Made by a program: the position numbers and the translations under genes
Notes under the pieces: model-generated
Told to the model about the DNA's origin: nothing
The model's database searches: none
What the model saw: only the letters and a program-made list of their open reading frames with translations
DNA from: Lama glama
Lineage: Eukaryota
DNA: 64,000 nucleotides
Assembly (NCBI GenBank): GCA_028534125.1
Contig: CM052816.1
Location: forward strand, 78,742,001-78,806,000
Reading direction: 5' to 3'
Part shown: positions 53,011-64,000 of the stretch, one piece after another
Layout of the letters: every line of letters begins with the position of its first letter
Position numbering within the stretch: the first letter of the stretch is position 1

Positions 53011-53286
53011 TCCCCCTCAGTTACGATGTGTGTATGGGTTGCAAGAGTGAGCAATTTGCAGAGATCCAAGGAGCCTCCTAGGAGGATTAGGATGGAGACG
53101 CACATACCCTCTGTTTTACAGATAATGTTAACAGACCATCTCTTATGAATTAAGAAAGCTTAGACTGAGGTCAGCTGAAAAGTAGGGACATTTCCTGTCA
53201 AGGAAAGGAACCAAGGACAAGAAAGGTCTGGCTTGGAGCACAGCACATGGCCAGGGCTGCAAGTTCCTCCGGCACTGTGGACATAC

Positions 53287-53719
53287 CTCTGAACAACAGC
53301 TGTGTCTGATCATTTAGAACAAGCAGGTAACTGGTTGTGTTGTGTAGTGAGTATTGCTGGTCTTAGCATGTCTTTCTATTTTTCCATACTCTATCTTGTG
53401 AAATTCCTGCCAGACCAGTAGCATAACCATGGGTTGGTATCCAAGTCCTCTTCTTCAATGGATTGGTGACCAGCACAGATACCATGAGACACCACGGTTC
53501 CCACAGCAGTAAGGAAGTGTTGTATCTCACCATCAGACTACCCACTTTTCATAGATACTCCATTAGCAGCAACTGCCACAAATCCTGGCATCCTTCAGTG
53601 GATGGACTCCTCAAGAGTTTCCAGTTTCTCCCATTATGAAGATGATAAGCCAGGACTGACCCCTTGGGCTGAGTAAGACGTCTTGGGTTTTTTCTGTTGG
53701 CATTGGGGATGAGACAGCC
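53287..53719 (-). pseudogene. Candidate decayed coding exon with a TTF-type zinc-finger-like remnant
   Basis: Acceptor ttgcctctctcttcAG (53721-53720) and strong donor GAG|GTATGT (53286); peptides QSIEEEDLDTNPWLCY and, in another frame, KIERHAKTSNTH. Confidence 0.35.
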
Positions 53720-54163
53720 CTGAAGAGAGAGGCAATACTTTTTCACAATAGAGGAGTAGGATGCATAGTCACTTAATTTGAATATTTTTAAAAGATAGCC
53801 TTATTTTATATCCCATGTTGGTAAAGAGGGGCGTATCAGTCACAAAAAATAGCTAAGGGATATATTTAAAACTGCAGGCAGCAGAATCAACATTAACGCA
53901 AGAACTATGATACGTCCTCTGTGTTCTGTTCTCTACAAACGTTGGTGCTCTTAGTGCAGAGAGTTTGGCTGAGAACACATCTACTAAGTGGGTAGAATCC
54001 TCATTTCATTTGTATAAGTCTTCTTCCTAACGAAGGTGGAGTTTTTGGACTGTCCAATTTTTTATGGTATAAACTTGGGCTTGGTGAGATGTTGAGACCA
54101 ATGATGAGGATGTTTGTGTGGAGAGAGGAACACAGAGAACTAAATTTAACCGGTTCAGTTTAC

Positions 54164-54671
54164 CAGAAGTTATTGTTTTTGTGATCTGTTTTTACTCTTC
54201 TTGGGCCAGTGTGTTGATTTTGAAGTGTTTATCTGCCCTTGGAGGTTTCAACGATGAGAACATTTGAAGAACTCTTAAGAAAACTCTATAGCTTGTTGAA
54301 TACAATCACCTGTTGGCAAATGATCAAGACAAAATTCACAATGAAACATTTGTTCTTTGGGATTAGTCCGTATCAGCCAGGCAAGAGCTTGTCTAAAAGT
54401 CAGTTGTCTTTTCCAGAGGTCCTGATAGGGAGACTTGTTGTCTGTATTCTTTGAAGATGACTCATATCATGGGTTAAATTCCTTGATCCTTGCTGGGGTC
54501 ATGTGGGCAAGCTCATGGTGGGTTGAGTATTTTTCTTTCCTTATCCACCAACAGAGGCTCCAAGGCCCCATACTTCTCCCTCTCCAATGTTGGGACCAAC
54601 CTTATCTTCGTTCCATCATTCCTACTGTTGTTCTGTTCTATTTCCTGTCACTTCACTCATGAGCTGCCTGC
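54164..54671 (-). pseudogene. Candidate decayed coding exon with a TTF-type zinc-finger-like remnant
   Basis: Acceptor ttcttccattgtctcctcacccAG (54673-54672); possible donors at 54309 or 54163; one frame gives KRQLTFRQALAWLIRTNPKEQMFHCEFC; stops in all frames. Confidence 0.35.
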
Positions 54672-54789
54672 CTGGGTGAGGAGACAATGGAAGAATTCCA
54701 CTTAATCTCATTATGTCAAAATTTTAGGGGACAAGCAAAAAGGGTATAGTCTGGCAGGAAAGATACCCAATTAGAGATGACCATGTTTG

Positions 54790-55300
54790 AGACAGGTGTT
54801 CTAGTTAAGGTGAGCACAGAGTGTTATGGGGCACATGGGAGAAAGTTTTCTGTATTAGAAGGTACTTTAAAGAAGCACAGAAGCATGAACTGAAGGATAA
54901 ACAGAGGGCCAATCATGAATTTGAATAACATGTTAAGGAATTCAGTCTTTAGTCTGAATTATGAGGTGCCACAGAATATTTGTAAATGGCACATTTAAGG
55001 TTTATATCTTTGAAAGCTCTCCCTAGTACTGTTATGGAGGACGAACTGTAGATGGAAGGTCTAATGGGACACAATGGAAGACAAACAGGTAAGAAGTTGT
55101 AAGGGCCTTAAAGTGGGGGCAATGAATTTGTATAAGAGGATATAGAGACGAGATATTTCAGGACTTAGACCCCACAGGACTTGGGTTGGCTTGGAGTAGG
55201 ATGGGCAGATGGAATAAGGATGGGGAGTTTTAGGGGTGATGGATAGTAGTGGCACTGGCCAAAAGAAGGAATATAAAAATAGAAGCAAGTTAGTCAAGGG
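54790..55300. mobile_element. L2 fragment
   Basis: Purine-rich decayed L2-like motifs; similar pieces at ~32230-32710, ~43155-43340 and ~56440-56860. Confidence 0.5.
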
Positions 55301-55357
55301 GAGTGGGTAGGGGATTTTTTTTTCAGGGAAATATTTACCTAAAGGTACATCAAATTA

Positions 55358-55762
55358 TTATTATTTTTTAAATTGAAGTATGGTTGATTTACAATGTTGT
55401 TAGTTGCTGGTGTATAGCATAGTGATTCAGCTATACATACATATATTCTTTATCATTACAGATTATTACAAGGTATTGAATATAGTTCACAGTGCTAAAC
55501 AGTAAGACCTTGTTGTTTTCTATTTTATATATAGTGGTGTGTATCTGCAAATCCTGAACTCCCAATTTATCTCCTCCCACTTCCCCCCTGGTAACCATAA
55601 GTTTGTTTGCTATATCTGTGAGTCTGTTTCTGTTTTGTAAATGAGTTCATTTGTGCCATATTTTTAGATTCCACATAGAATTGACATTATATGATATTTG
55701 TCTTTCTCTGACTTACTTCACTTAGTATGATAATTTCTAGGTCCATCCATGTTGCTGCAAAT
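55358..55762 (-). mobile_element. L1 3'UTR fragment
   Basis: Colinear with 46875-47310. Confidence 0.88.
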
Positions 55763-58700
55763 TCCAAGAGATTCTGAGTTTAGTTTTGAACATATTGGAT
55801 TTGAGGTGTCTATGAGGAGATAATGATAGGTGTCTAAGCATGGAATAAGAAGAATTTTTTTCTTTTGACAACTGGTAATATTAAGCAACTTTTTGGTCTA
55901 GTATATTTTTTCAGTTATATTCCCACTGTTATAATTTTCTTCATTCTTGGTCTACTTGGCCACTCACAGATATATTTCTGACTCCTTTGCATTTATATTC
56001 TGTGAGGTTTTTTTTAAATCATTACTATTTTTGATTAGAAATATTTTACCTTGAAATACACAATTAAAATTTATTTTATGTGCACTATTGTTTGATAGTT
56101 CAGTACAAAACACTTTTTACATACAAATCTCATATTTCTCTTACAATAGTGCCACCAGTAAGTTTTGTCAGATGAGGATACCAAGGCTCAGAGGTAGCAG
56201 GCAAGTTCTTAGGCTTGTGTGGAGAGTGTTCCAAAAAATAAAGGTAGAGAAAGGGAGCCTGCAGTGGAGCCTTCAGAGGAAGCATAACCAGAAGCAAGTG
56301 TCAGAGTTGGGATTAGAAGAAGAAACAGGCAGTGGACATGGGAGTGTTGGAGGGGCCACTAGCAAGCGTCAGACGTAGCAGAATAGCACCCCAGGCTGGA
56401 CTTCCACCTGTGTGGGACGGTGTGCATGTGGGTCCATTCCAAGAGCCTCTAGGCTATTCACATTCAGTCCCACGTTTTAACAGAACAGAAACAATGTTCT
56501 TGGCAGGTGGTGAGGAACTGGGGATATAAAGATTAAATAAGACAGCCCTTCTCTCCCAGGGCTGGGAGTGACATGTGTGTTAACCATTGACTATACGCAA
56601 CTGATAAGCTCTAACACAGAGTGAAGATAGCATAACTTGGGACTAGGGAAGAGAGAGTAGTTAATAGTGTCTAAGAGTTCAGTAAAGAGAAGGTGGAGAA
56701 GAGTTCCATTTGAGCTGGAACTTGAAAAGGCAGGGGAGATATTTACCAGATAGAAAAGGAGGGCAGGGATTTTCCAAGTACCCAGAAGAATGAGGGCAAA
56801 AACTTGAAAGTATAAACGTGTATGGGGTGGATGTGAGTTAGTGTGAAAGACACTACCAAGGCCAGAACCCCTCATGGAAGGAGACACAGGTGGAAAGGTG
56901 GACATTGCATCATTATCTCCATGGAAACTTTTCAGAGACGGGCCGAGGAGGATGGGTGAGGAGGGAGGGAACTCACAGACCACTTCTTTCACACCCGTGC
57001 AGCCCCAGCTTCTTCAATGGTCTCTATGTCCGCAGATCCTAGGAAGGGTAAGAAGACTGGATATGAGTGAACACCGTCCCCTCCTTCTTACTCAGGAGCC
57101 TGGACAAGTTTTCAGGCAACTCATTTTCTACAGGTTGTTAGGTCACAGACCCCATGACCTTGGTGTTACTTGGGGCTTAGAGGTTCCCAGCTCCCTGCGG
57201 TAAAGATACGCATGAAAAACTGAGTAGAAATCAAGTGTTTGTCAATTGTGGAAGAGAGGGCTGCATGAAAAAGACAAGACTCAAGTTCAAGTTGCGGTGT
57301 AAGTCGGGATGGGCAGGTCCACCTTGCAGAGAAGATAGTCTGTGCTCAGGCACGGGTGAGGAAATTAACAAGATGCACGTCAGTGGGGAAGTGTCACAAC
57401 TGGCCTCCGATGAACAGAGTGCTTATGGTTCAAGACAAGGCTCATGTCAGCAAGGCTATTGATAAAGCATTTGTATCCCATGTGTAGGGACACTGTGGGC
57501 TTCTGAGCATTGGATAGTGAAAGTGATTTTTTTAGGAAGATTATTCTGATGGATGGAGAGTTTAAGAGTTTCTGATTATATATACATTTTCAACTCCTGG
57601 GTTCTTATGAAGTAGAAGGAAGCCTTTGTATCATTTTCATGCTAAGCCAACTCATTTGACACCTAGCAGCGTCTTCTTCATGATTGAAGGTTCTGGAGCT
57701 TAGGGTGAGTGTAGGAATGAGTTAAGGGAAAATGGTTCAAAGCCTGCAGTCAGTAGCTGAAATCAGCAGGCATTTTATCATGCCCGTGCCATGCGCAGTG
57801 GCTTTTCCCGAGTGTTTTTATCTGTGTTTGCTTCAACCTCAGGGGACAATCTGTTCAGTCACCAGAAGGGATACCTTCAAAGAGTTTTCTTGGATAAGGT
57901 CGACTCATGTGATCAGCTGTGACCTCATCCTACTGCTCTGGGGGGCCCTGGTTTGGGACTTGATATCTTGAGTTCCTGCTTGAATAGGAAGCAGAGAGGC
58001 CGTTCTTTTTCATGCTTCTCTTTTTGGAACACGTCAGAAACCCCATTAGCTTGTTAAATGTTTTTCCAAAAAAGTTCTTTTTTTTTTTTTTTCATTTTAA
58101 AATCATTTAGCCCATTGTTCTGCTTATTGTCAAGAGTTGTTAGAGGTGGCCAACTGCTTGTATTTTTTTCACCAGCAAACACAAAGTGGGAGGTTTGGGG
58201 AGGCGCAGGGGTGGGGGCAGTAGGACCTTTCACTTTGCTGGCACACAAGTTCGAACTGTAAGGAAAGAAGAATAGAAATACTGGTTCAGGTCTTCCTAAA
58301 CTTAATTAAGAACTCGATGTTTCTATAAGCAACTGTAATACTCCCCTCATGGAAATGTTCGCACTTCTTTTTGTTAGCTGTCTTTTCAAATTTGAAACTA
58401 ATGGAGCCGGCTCTATATTCCTTCATTTTATTCATCTTTGAAAGCAAGCCTCCCTGGCTGATTCCCGAAACCCCTTGGAGGAGAAACCACGAGTCAGAGC
58501 ACCTTTCTCCTGCCTGGTGCTGCCAGATATGGATGCAAATTCAATCCCCTCGGCTACTGAATTCACCTCCTTCTCCTGGAGCACAAGAGCTTGGTGCAGA
58601 CTCAGCCTGAAGGGCAGCTGAGGGGATGGAGGGATGGGAAGAACGTGAAGGGGTTGGGAGCAGGTCTCTTGTAGCCCCAGAGAGTAAGGCCGCGCACGGG

Positions 58701-59639
58701 ACCGGACCTGCTTCCAGAACAGGCCCCCGCTGCCAGAAACAGCTCATTCCCTGAAGAGCTTCTGACTCATGCCTCTAATAGGACTCTTATGGTTTCTTGG
58801 CTGCTAAGTTGTCTCTTTGAAAGGTAGGGTTTTTTTTTTTCTTTTTGAAATTGGAATCCTGAGTCATCGATATAAATTAATTCCCCTGTTTCATGCTCTC
58901 ATGGTATTTTTGAAGCTTTCCTCACAATATCCCTTTGCCCAACTAGATTTTAAACTCTGTGCATGCAAAGGACTGGGGGTCTGCTCTGTTTACTCCTGTA
59001 CGTCCAGTGTCTGGAAGACCAAATGGAATGTGGAGGTGCATGATAACTGTTTGTTGAATGAATGAATGAGTGAATGAATGTTGAGCTTTTCCTAGGCAGC
59101 CCTACCAAGCAAGAATCATTTTTAAGAGCCATTAGACCTTCCAAAGTCATAGCACATGGACAACTAAGGAAGATGACCCAGCATTTCCCCAGGTTGTTAT
59201 TTGGGGTACAATTCAACAAGCATGGTCATCTGGCTTCTATGCTCCAGTAGAGTGGAAGTAAATTGGAGACACAGAGGTGGGATGCTGCTAGAGAGAGGTG
59301 ACTCTGATAGAAAAAAGGAACAACCTACAGGGCAACAAAAGGCAGATCTAACTTTAGCAAAGTGTGAGAGCCTGAAGCGGTTGAGTTCATCCCTGTATTA
59401 ACTACAGTGTAATCACTGGGTTGGCAGTGAGAATTTTCAGTTATCAGGAAAGTTTATGACACGAACTAGTTTGTTTCCAAATGATGCTGGGCCACTGAGG
59501 TATTAGCAAGTGTTGGTGTATCAATTCTGCTTCTTAGAATCCTTTAGAAAATCCAGATTTCTTTGATGTGCGTAATAATAATCATATCCTACTCTTGTTA
59601 CTGTTTTGACACATTTACTTCATCTGTTTTTTTCCTATC

Positions 59640-62600
59640 ACCTATCTGTTCACCTATCTTTTATTTCTTGCTAAATCATTCACAACTTCATTTCAGACAT
59701 TGCGACACTTCACCTTTAAGTATATCAGCACTCAGCTCTAAAAGATAAGAACATTTCCCCTAACCATAATATCATTATTATACTAATAAAGTTAACTATA
59801 ATTTACTGATACCATCATTTATCCATTCCATGATCTGATTTTCCCAGTTGCCACTCAAACACCATTTTTTTCTTCCAAATTGGTTATTGTGATTAAATAT
59901 ACATAACATAAATGTATCATCTTGTTTTTAAGTGTAAAGTTCAGTGGTATTAAATACATTCAGAACGGTGTGCAACCATCACCACCATCCATTTGCAGAA
60001 CTCTTTTCATCTTGTAAAACTGAAACTCTGTTAAACAGTATCTCCCCATTCACCCCTCCCCTCTGCCCCTGGCAACTACAATTCTACATTCTGTCTCTCT
60101 GATTTTGACCAAGTACCTCACATAAGTGAAATCGTACAGTTTTTTCTTTTTTAATGACTGGCTTAATTCACTTAGCATTAACGTCCTCAAGGTTCATCCA
60201 TGTTGTAGCCTGTGTCAGAATTTCCTTCCTTTTCAAGACTGAAAAATATTCCATCGTATGTGTTGACTACATTTTGCTTATCTATTTATTTGTTGATGGG
60301 CACTTGGTTGGGTTGCTTCCACGTTTTAGTTATTGTGAATAACGCTGCTATGAAGATGGGTGTACAAATATCTCTTTAAGACTCTGCTTTTAGTTCTTTT
60401 GGGTGTATACCCCGAAGTGGAACTGCTGGATCACACAGTAATTCTATTGGTGATTTTTTAAGGAGCTGCCATTCTGTTTTCCATAGCACTGTACCAGTTT
60501 ACATCTCACCAGCAGTGAGGGTCCAGTTATCCACATCCTCTCATTTATTTTAGGTTTTTTGATAGTAACCATCCTAATGGGTGTGAGCTGGTATCTCATT
60601 GCAGTTTTGATTTGTGTTTCTCCAATGATTAGTGACATTGAGTATCTTTTCATATGTCTGTTAGTTGTATATCTTCTTTGGAGAACTATCTATTCACGTC
60701 CCTTGCTAATTTTTAAATTGAGTTGTTTGCTTTACTGTTGTTGAGTTTTAGGAGTCCTCTGTATATTTTGGATATTACCCTTATTTGATATGATTTGCAA
60801 ATATTTTCTCCCATTCTGTGGGTTGCTTTTTCACTCTGTTGATAGTGTCTTCAGATACATAAAAGTTTTTAATTTTCATGAAGTCCAGTTTGTCTATTTA
60901 TCCTCTTGTTACCTGCACCTTTGGTGTTGCCAAATCCAGTGTTGTGGAGTTTTTGGTCTTTGTTATTTTTCTAGTTGCTTAAATTGTGAAGTTAGGGGTT
61001 TTTTTTTTTTTTTTGAGATCTTTCTTATTTCTCAATGTCAGTGGTTATAACTATAAATTTCCTTTTGTGGACTGTTTCACTGTGTCCCATAAATTTTGGT
61101 GTATTATGTATTTGTTTTTATTCATCTCTAAGTATTCCTAATTTCCTTTTTGATTTCTTCTTTAATACATTGGTTGTTTAAGAGAGTGTTGTTTAACTTC
61201 TACAAATTTGTGAATTTTCCAATTTTCCTTCTGTTACTGATTTCTAGCTTCATCCTGTTGTGGTCAGAGAAGATACCTTGTAGGATAGCTATCTCTTTAT
61301 TTACTTATGTATTTTTATTGCTATGTTTTGGTGTATTAGTATTGGGTATGTAACATGATGATGCAGTATTTGTACACATTGGGAAATGATCATCACAGTA
61401 ATTCTAGTTAACATCCATCACCACACATAGTTACACATTTTTTTTTTCTTTGTTATGAGAGCTTTTAAGATTTGCTGTCTTGGCAACTTTCAAATAGACA
61501 ACACAGTATTACTAACTATAGTCACCATGCTGTACATTACATCCCAGGATTTATTTATTTTATAATTGGAAGTTTGTAGCTTTTGATCACCTTCACTCAC
61601 TTCACCTACCCTCCACTCTCTGCCTCTGGCAACCACCAATCTGTTCTCTGTATCTATGAGTTATTTTTTACTTATTTATTTTAGATTCCACATATGAGTG
61701 AGATCATAGGGTATTTTTCTTTCTCTGTCTGACTTGTTTCACTTAGCACGATGCCCTCAAGATCCAACCATGCAGTCACAAATGGCAAGAATTACTTCTT
61801 TTTTATGGCTGAATAATATTCCATTTTGTATATACACCACATTTCCTTTATCCATTCATTCATCGACAGACACTTAGGTTGCTTTCATGTCTTGACTGTT
61901 GTAAATAACGCTGCAATGAATATGGGGGTGCAGATGTCTTTTCTAGTTAGTATTTTCATTTCCTTTGAATAAATACCCAGAGGTGGAATTGCTGGATCAC
62001 ATGGTAGATCTGCTTTTAATATTTTGAGGAATCACCATACTGTTTTCCATAGTGGCCACACCAACTTACACTTCTATACTTTTTCTTGGCTAAGTTTCAA
62101 TGATTTGTGTATTTTTTCATTTCATTCATTTTGTCAAATTTATGAGATTAAAATTGTTTGTAATATTTCCTTATTAGCTTTTTAATGGCTGTGTGTCTAG
62201 CTAGAGGGTTATCAATTTTACTTTTTCAAAGAAATAGCCTTTGTTCTTACTGATTTTTCTCTTTGCAGCATCACTAATTATGCTCCTAACTCTAATGTTT
62301 TTTCTTCTACTTTGGCTTTAATTTTTTCTTTTTCTTGGCTTTAAAGTCAAAGCTTTGCTTATTGACTTTAAACTTTTTAAAAATTTAAACGACTAAAATT
62401 GTCTAAATTTCCTTCTAAGACTGTTTCAGCTTCATCTGACAATTTTATGTTGCTTTTTCATTTTTATTCAGTTAAAAATATTTTCTAATTTCTATTGTGA
62501 TTTATTCTTTTACCCATGCATTTAGAAATATACTGTTAATTCCAAACATTTGGGTGTTTTTCAGATATCTCCCTTAACTGGTTTCTACTTATTTCTAATA

Positions 62601-64000
62601 TATCACAGATTTTATTCTGTATGATTTTAGTACTGTTCATTTTATTGAGATTTATTTTATGGCCTAGTACATGGCCTTTCTTCATAAACATTCCACATGC
62701 ACCGAAAAGAGTATGTGTTCTGCTATTGCTGGATTTGGTGTCCTATAGATATTAGTTAGGTCAAATTGGTTTGTAGTGTTTTCAGCTGACTGCATCCTTG
62801 CTGATTTTTGTTTAATTGTTCAATCAATATTTCTTTTCTACTCAGGAACAAAATGTATTTATCTGGTTGCTGAGAGCTACTTTAAATATATTTGGGGCCC
62901 ATCACTAATTCTTTTACATTGATTACCCCATTTCAAATTCCTTAACTCTTTGTTTTGATTTCTTGCTTGCATGTTAGATTTCACCATCAGATAGTTTCTT
63001 TGAAAATGTGCCTTAGAAAAGGAGCCTGAGATTTTTCATGTTTGTGGTTTTCTACCTGTCGTTTTCATACTTGACAACTTGTCTGAGTACTATCTTTGGA
63101 CCTTTTCATTTCTTCATATCATGGTACACATGATTCCAGTGTCTTCTGGAATTAAATTTCCTGTGGACGAGCCTGTGATCATCCTGACTTGTTTATGACT
63201 TCTTTGCCCTTCTTTATGACTTTATTCTCCTATCTGGATGTCTTTATTAATTTTTAACTTACATGTTTTATTATGGAATATAGTACACATATAGATACCT
63301 TTATTTCTGGAGATCAGTAGTTTAACCAAACTATGTCACGATGTTACGTTATCATCAATTTTACTTGGTATGTACTGTGCATGTTCAAGTTTACAGAGTC
63401 TGAGCCTTCTTTATTTCAGGGGAATTTTATATGCTTAGATATCTTTGAATATCATTTTTTTTTCTTCAAGGAAATAACTATATTTAGGTTTAACTGTCTT
63501 TGTCTTTTATGTCTATTATATTGGCTTCGTTCATTTCATTTCTTTTTCTTATATATTCACTCTTTTTATTTCTATATCATGAATTTAATCTTCAGTCATA
63601 TCTATTTTATCCCTTGCTGGATCTAGATTACTTATTGATATAAATGGTAAGTATTTTTTTGTATTCTTTAAAAAAAGTTTTTTATTGAGGTATAGTCAGT
63701 TTACAATGTTTTTGTATTCTTAATGTGCCTTTTTTTTTCATTCTCCACCTTCTTTTCCATTGCCATCTTGTTATACCATCTTGCCTTTGCACTCTTATTT
63801 TATCGAAGTAATATTCTTGCTAAATTCTTCTATAGTACACATTCTAAGAGAATCTGCTTCTGTTCCTTGAGCTCTGTTCCACTCTTGTCCTTCATTTATT
63901 TTTGCATGCTGTATTTCTTTATCTTCTTTTCACTGTACCTGTATATACCTTCAATTTAGTTTCTTTTAATCTTGCTTATGCCTGGAAGGCTTTTGTCCAA
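59640..64000 (-). mobile_element. Nested L1 cluster (L1MA/MB-like pieces at ~59865-61020 and ~61330-62075, older L1M around them, 40-bp L1 tail at 63669-63708)
   Basis: ORF 60444-60653 has ETQIKTAMRYQLTPIRM (L1 ORF2); several L1 3'UTRs; TSD tttttgtattctt around 63669-63708. Confidence 0.8.

Noticed and set aside
1..64000. CRISPR arrays, operons or other prokaryotic systems
   Set aside because: The sequence is mammalian and contains no regularly spaced repeat-spacer array.

Overview
This is mammalian genomic DNA, most likely from a camelid (alpaca/llama/camel), judged from the tRNA-derived SINE family and the L1 3' ends. The only intact gene is the 5' end of SLC1A3 (glial glutamate transporter EAAT1/GLAST) on the minus strand. 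It has a non-coding exon 1 (~12549-12675), exon 2 with the start codon (10668-10939, 181 coding nt) and part of intron 2 (1-10667). The ~51 kb upstream is mostly repeats: SINEs, L1, L2, MIR, MLT, a MER41-like solo LTR, a non-autonomous ERV1-type provirus with a nested LTR, and a decayed hAT transposase split by an L1. The least explained signals are (i) an orphan CpG-rich promoter-like element at ~41.1-41.3 kb with splice donors on both strands, (ii) splice-bounded minus-strand segments at 41.6-41.9, 53.3-53.7 and 54.2-54.7 kb with degenerate TTF-type zinc-finger-like motifs, possibly a dead transposase-derived gene, and (iii) a local 188-bp duplication of an L2 fossil. Repeat family names and comparison sequences are recalled from memory, not from database searches; most repeat boundaries are approximate.
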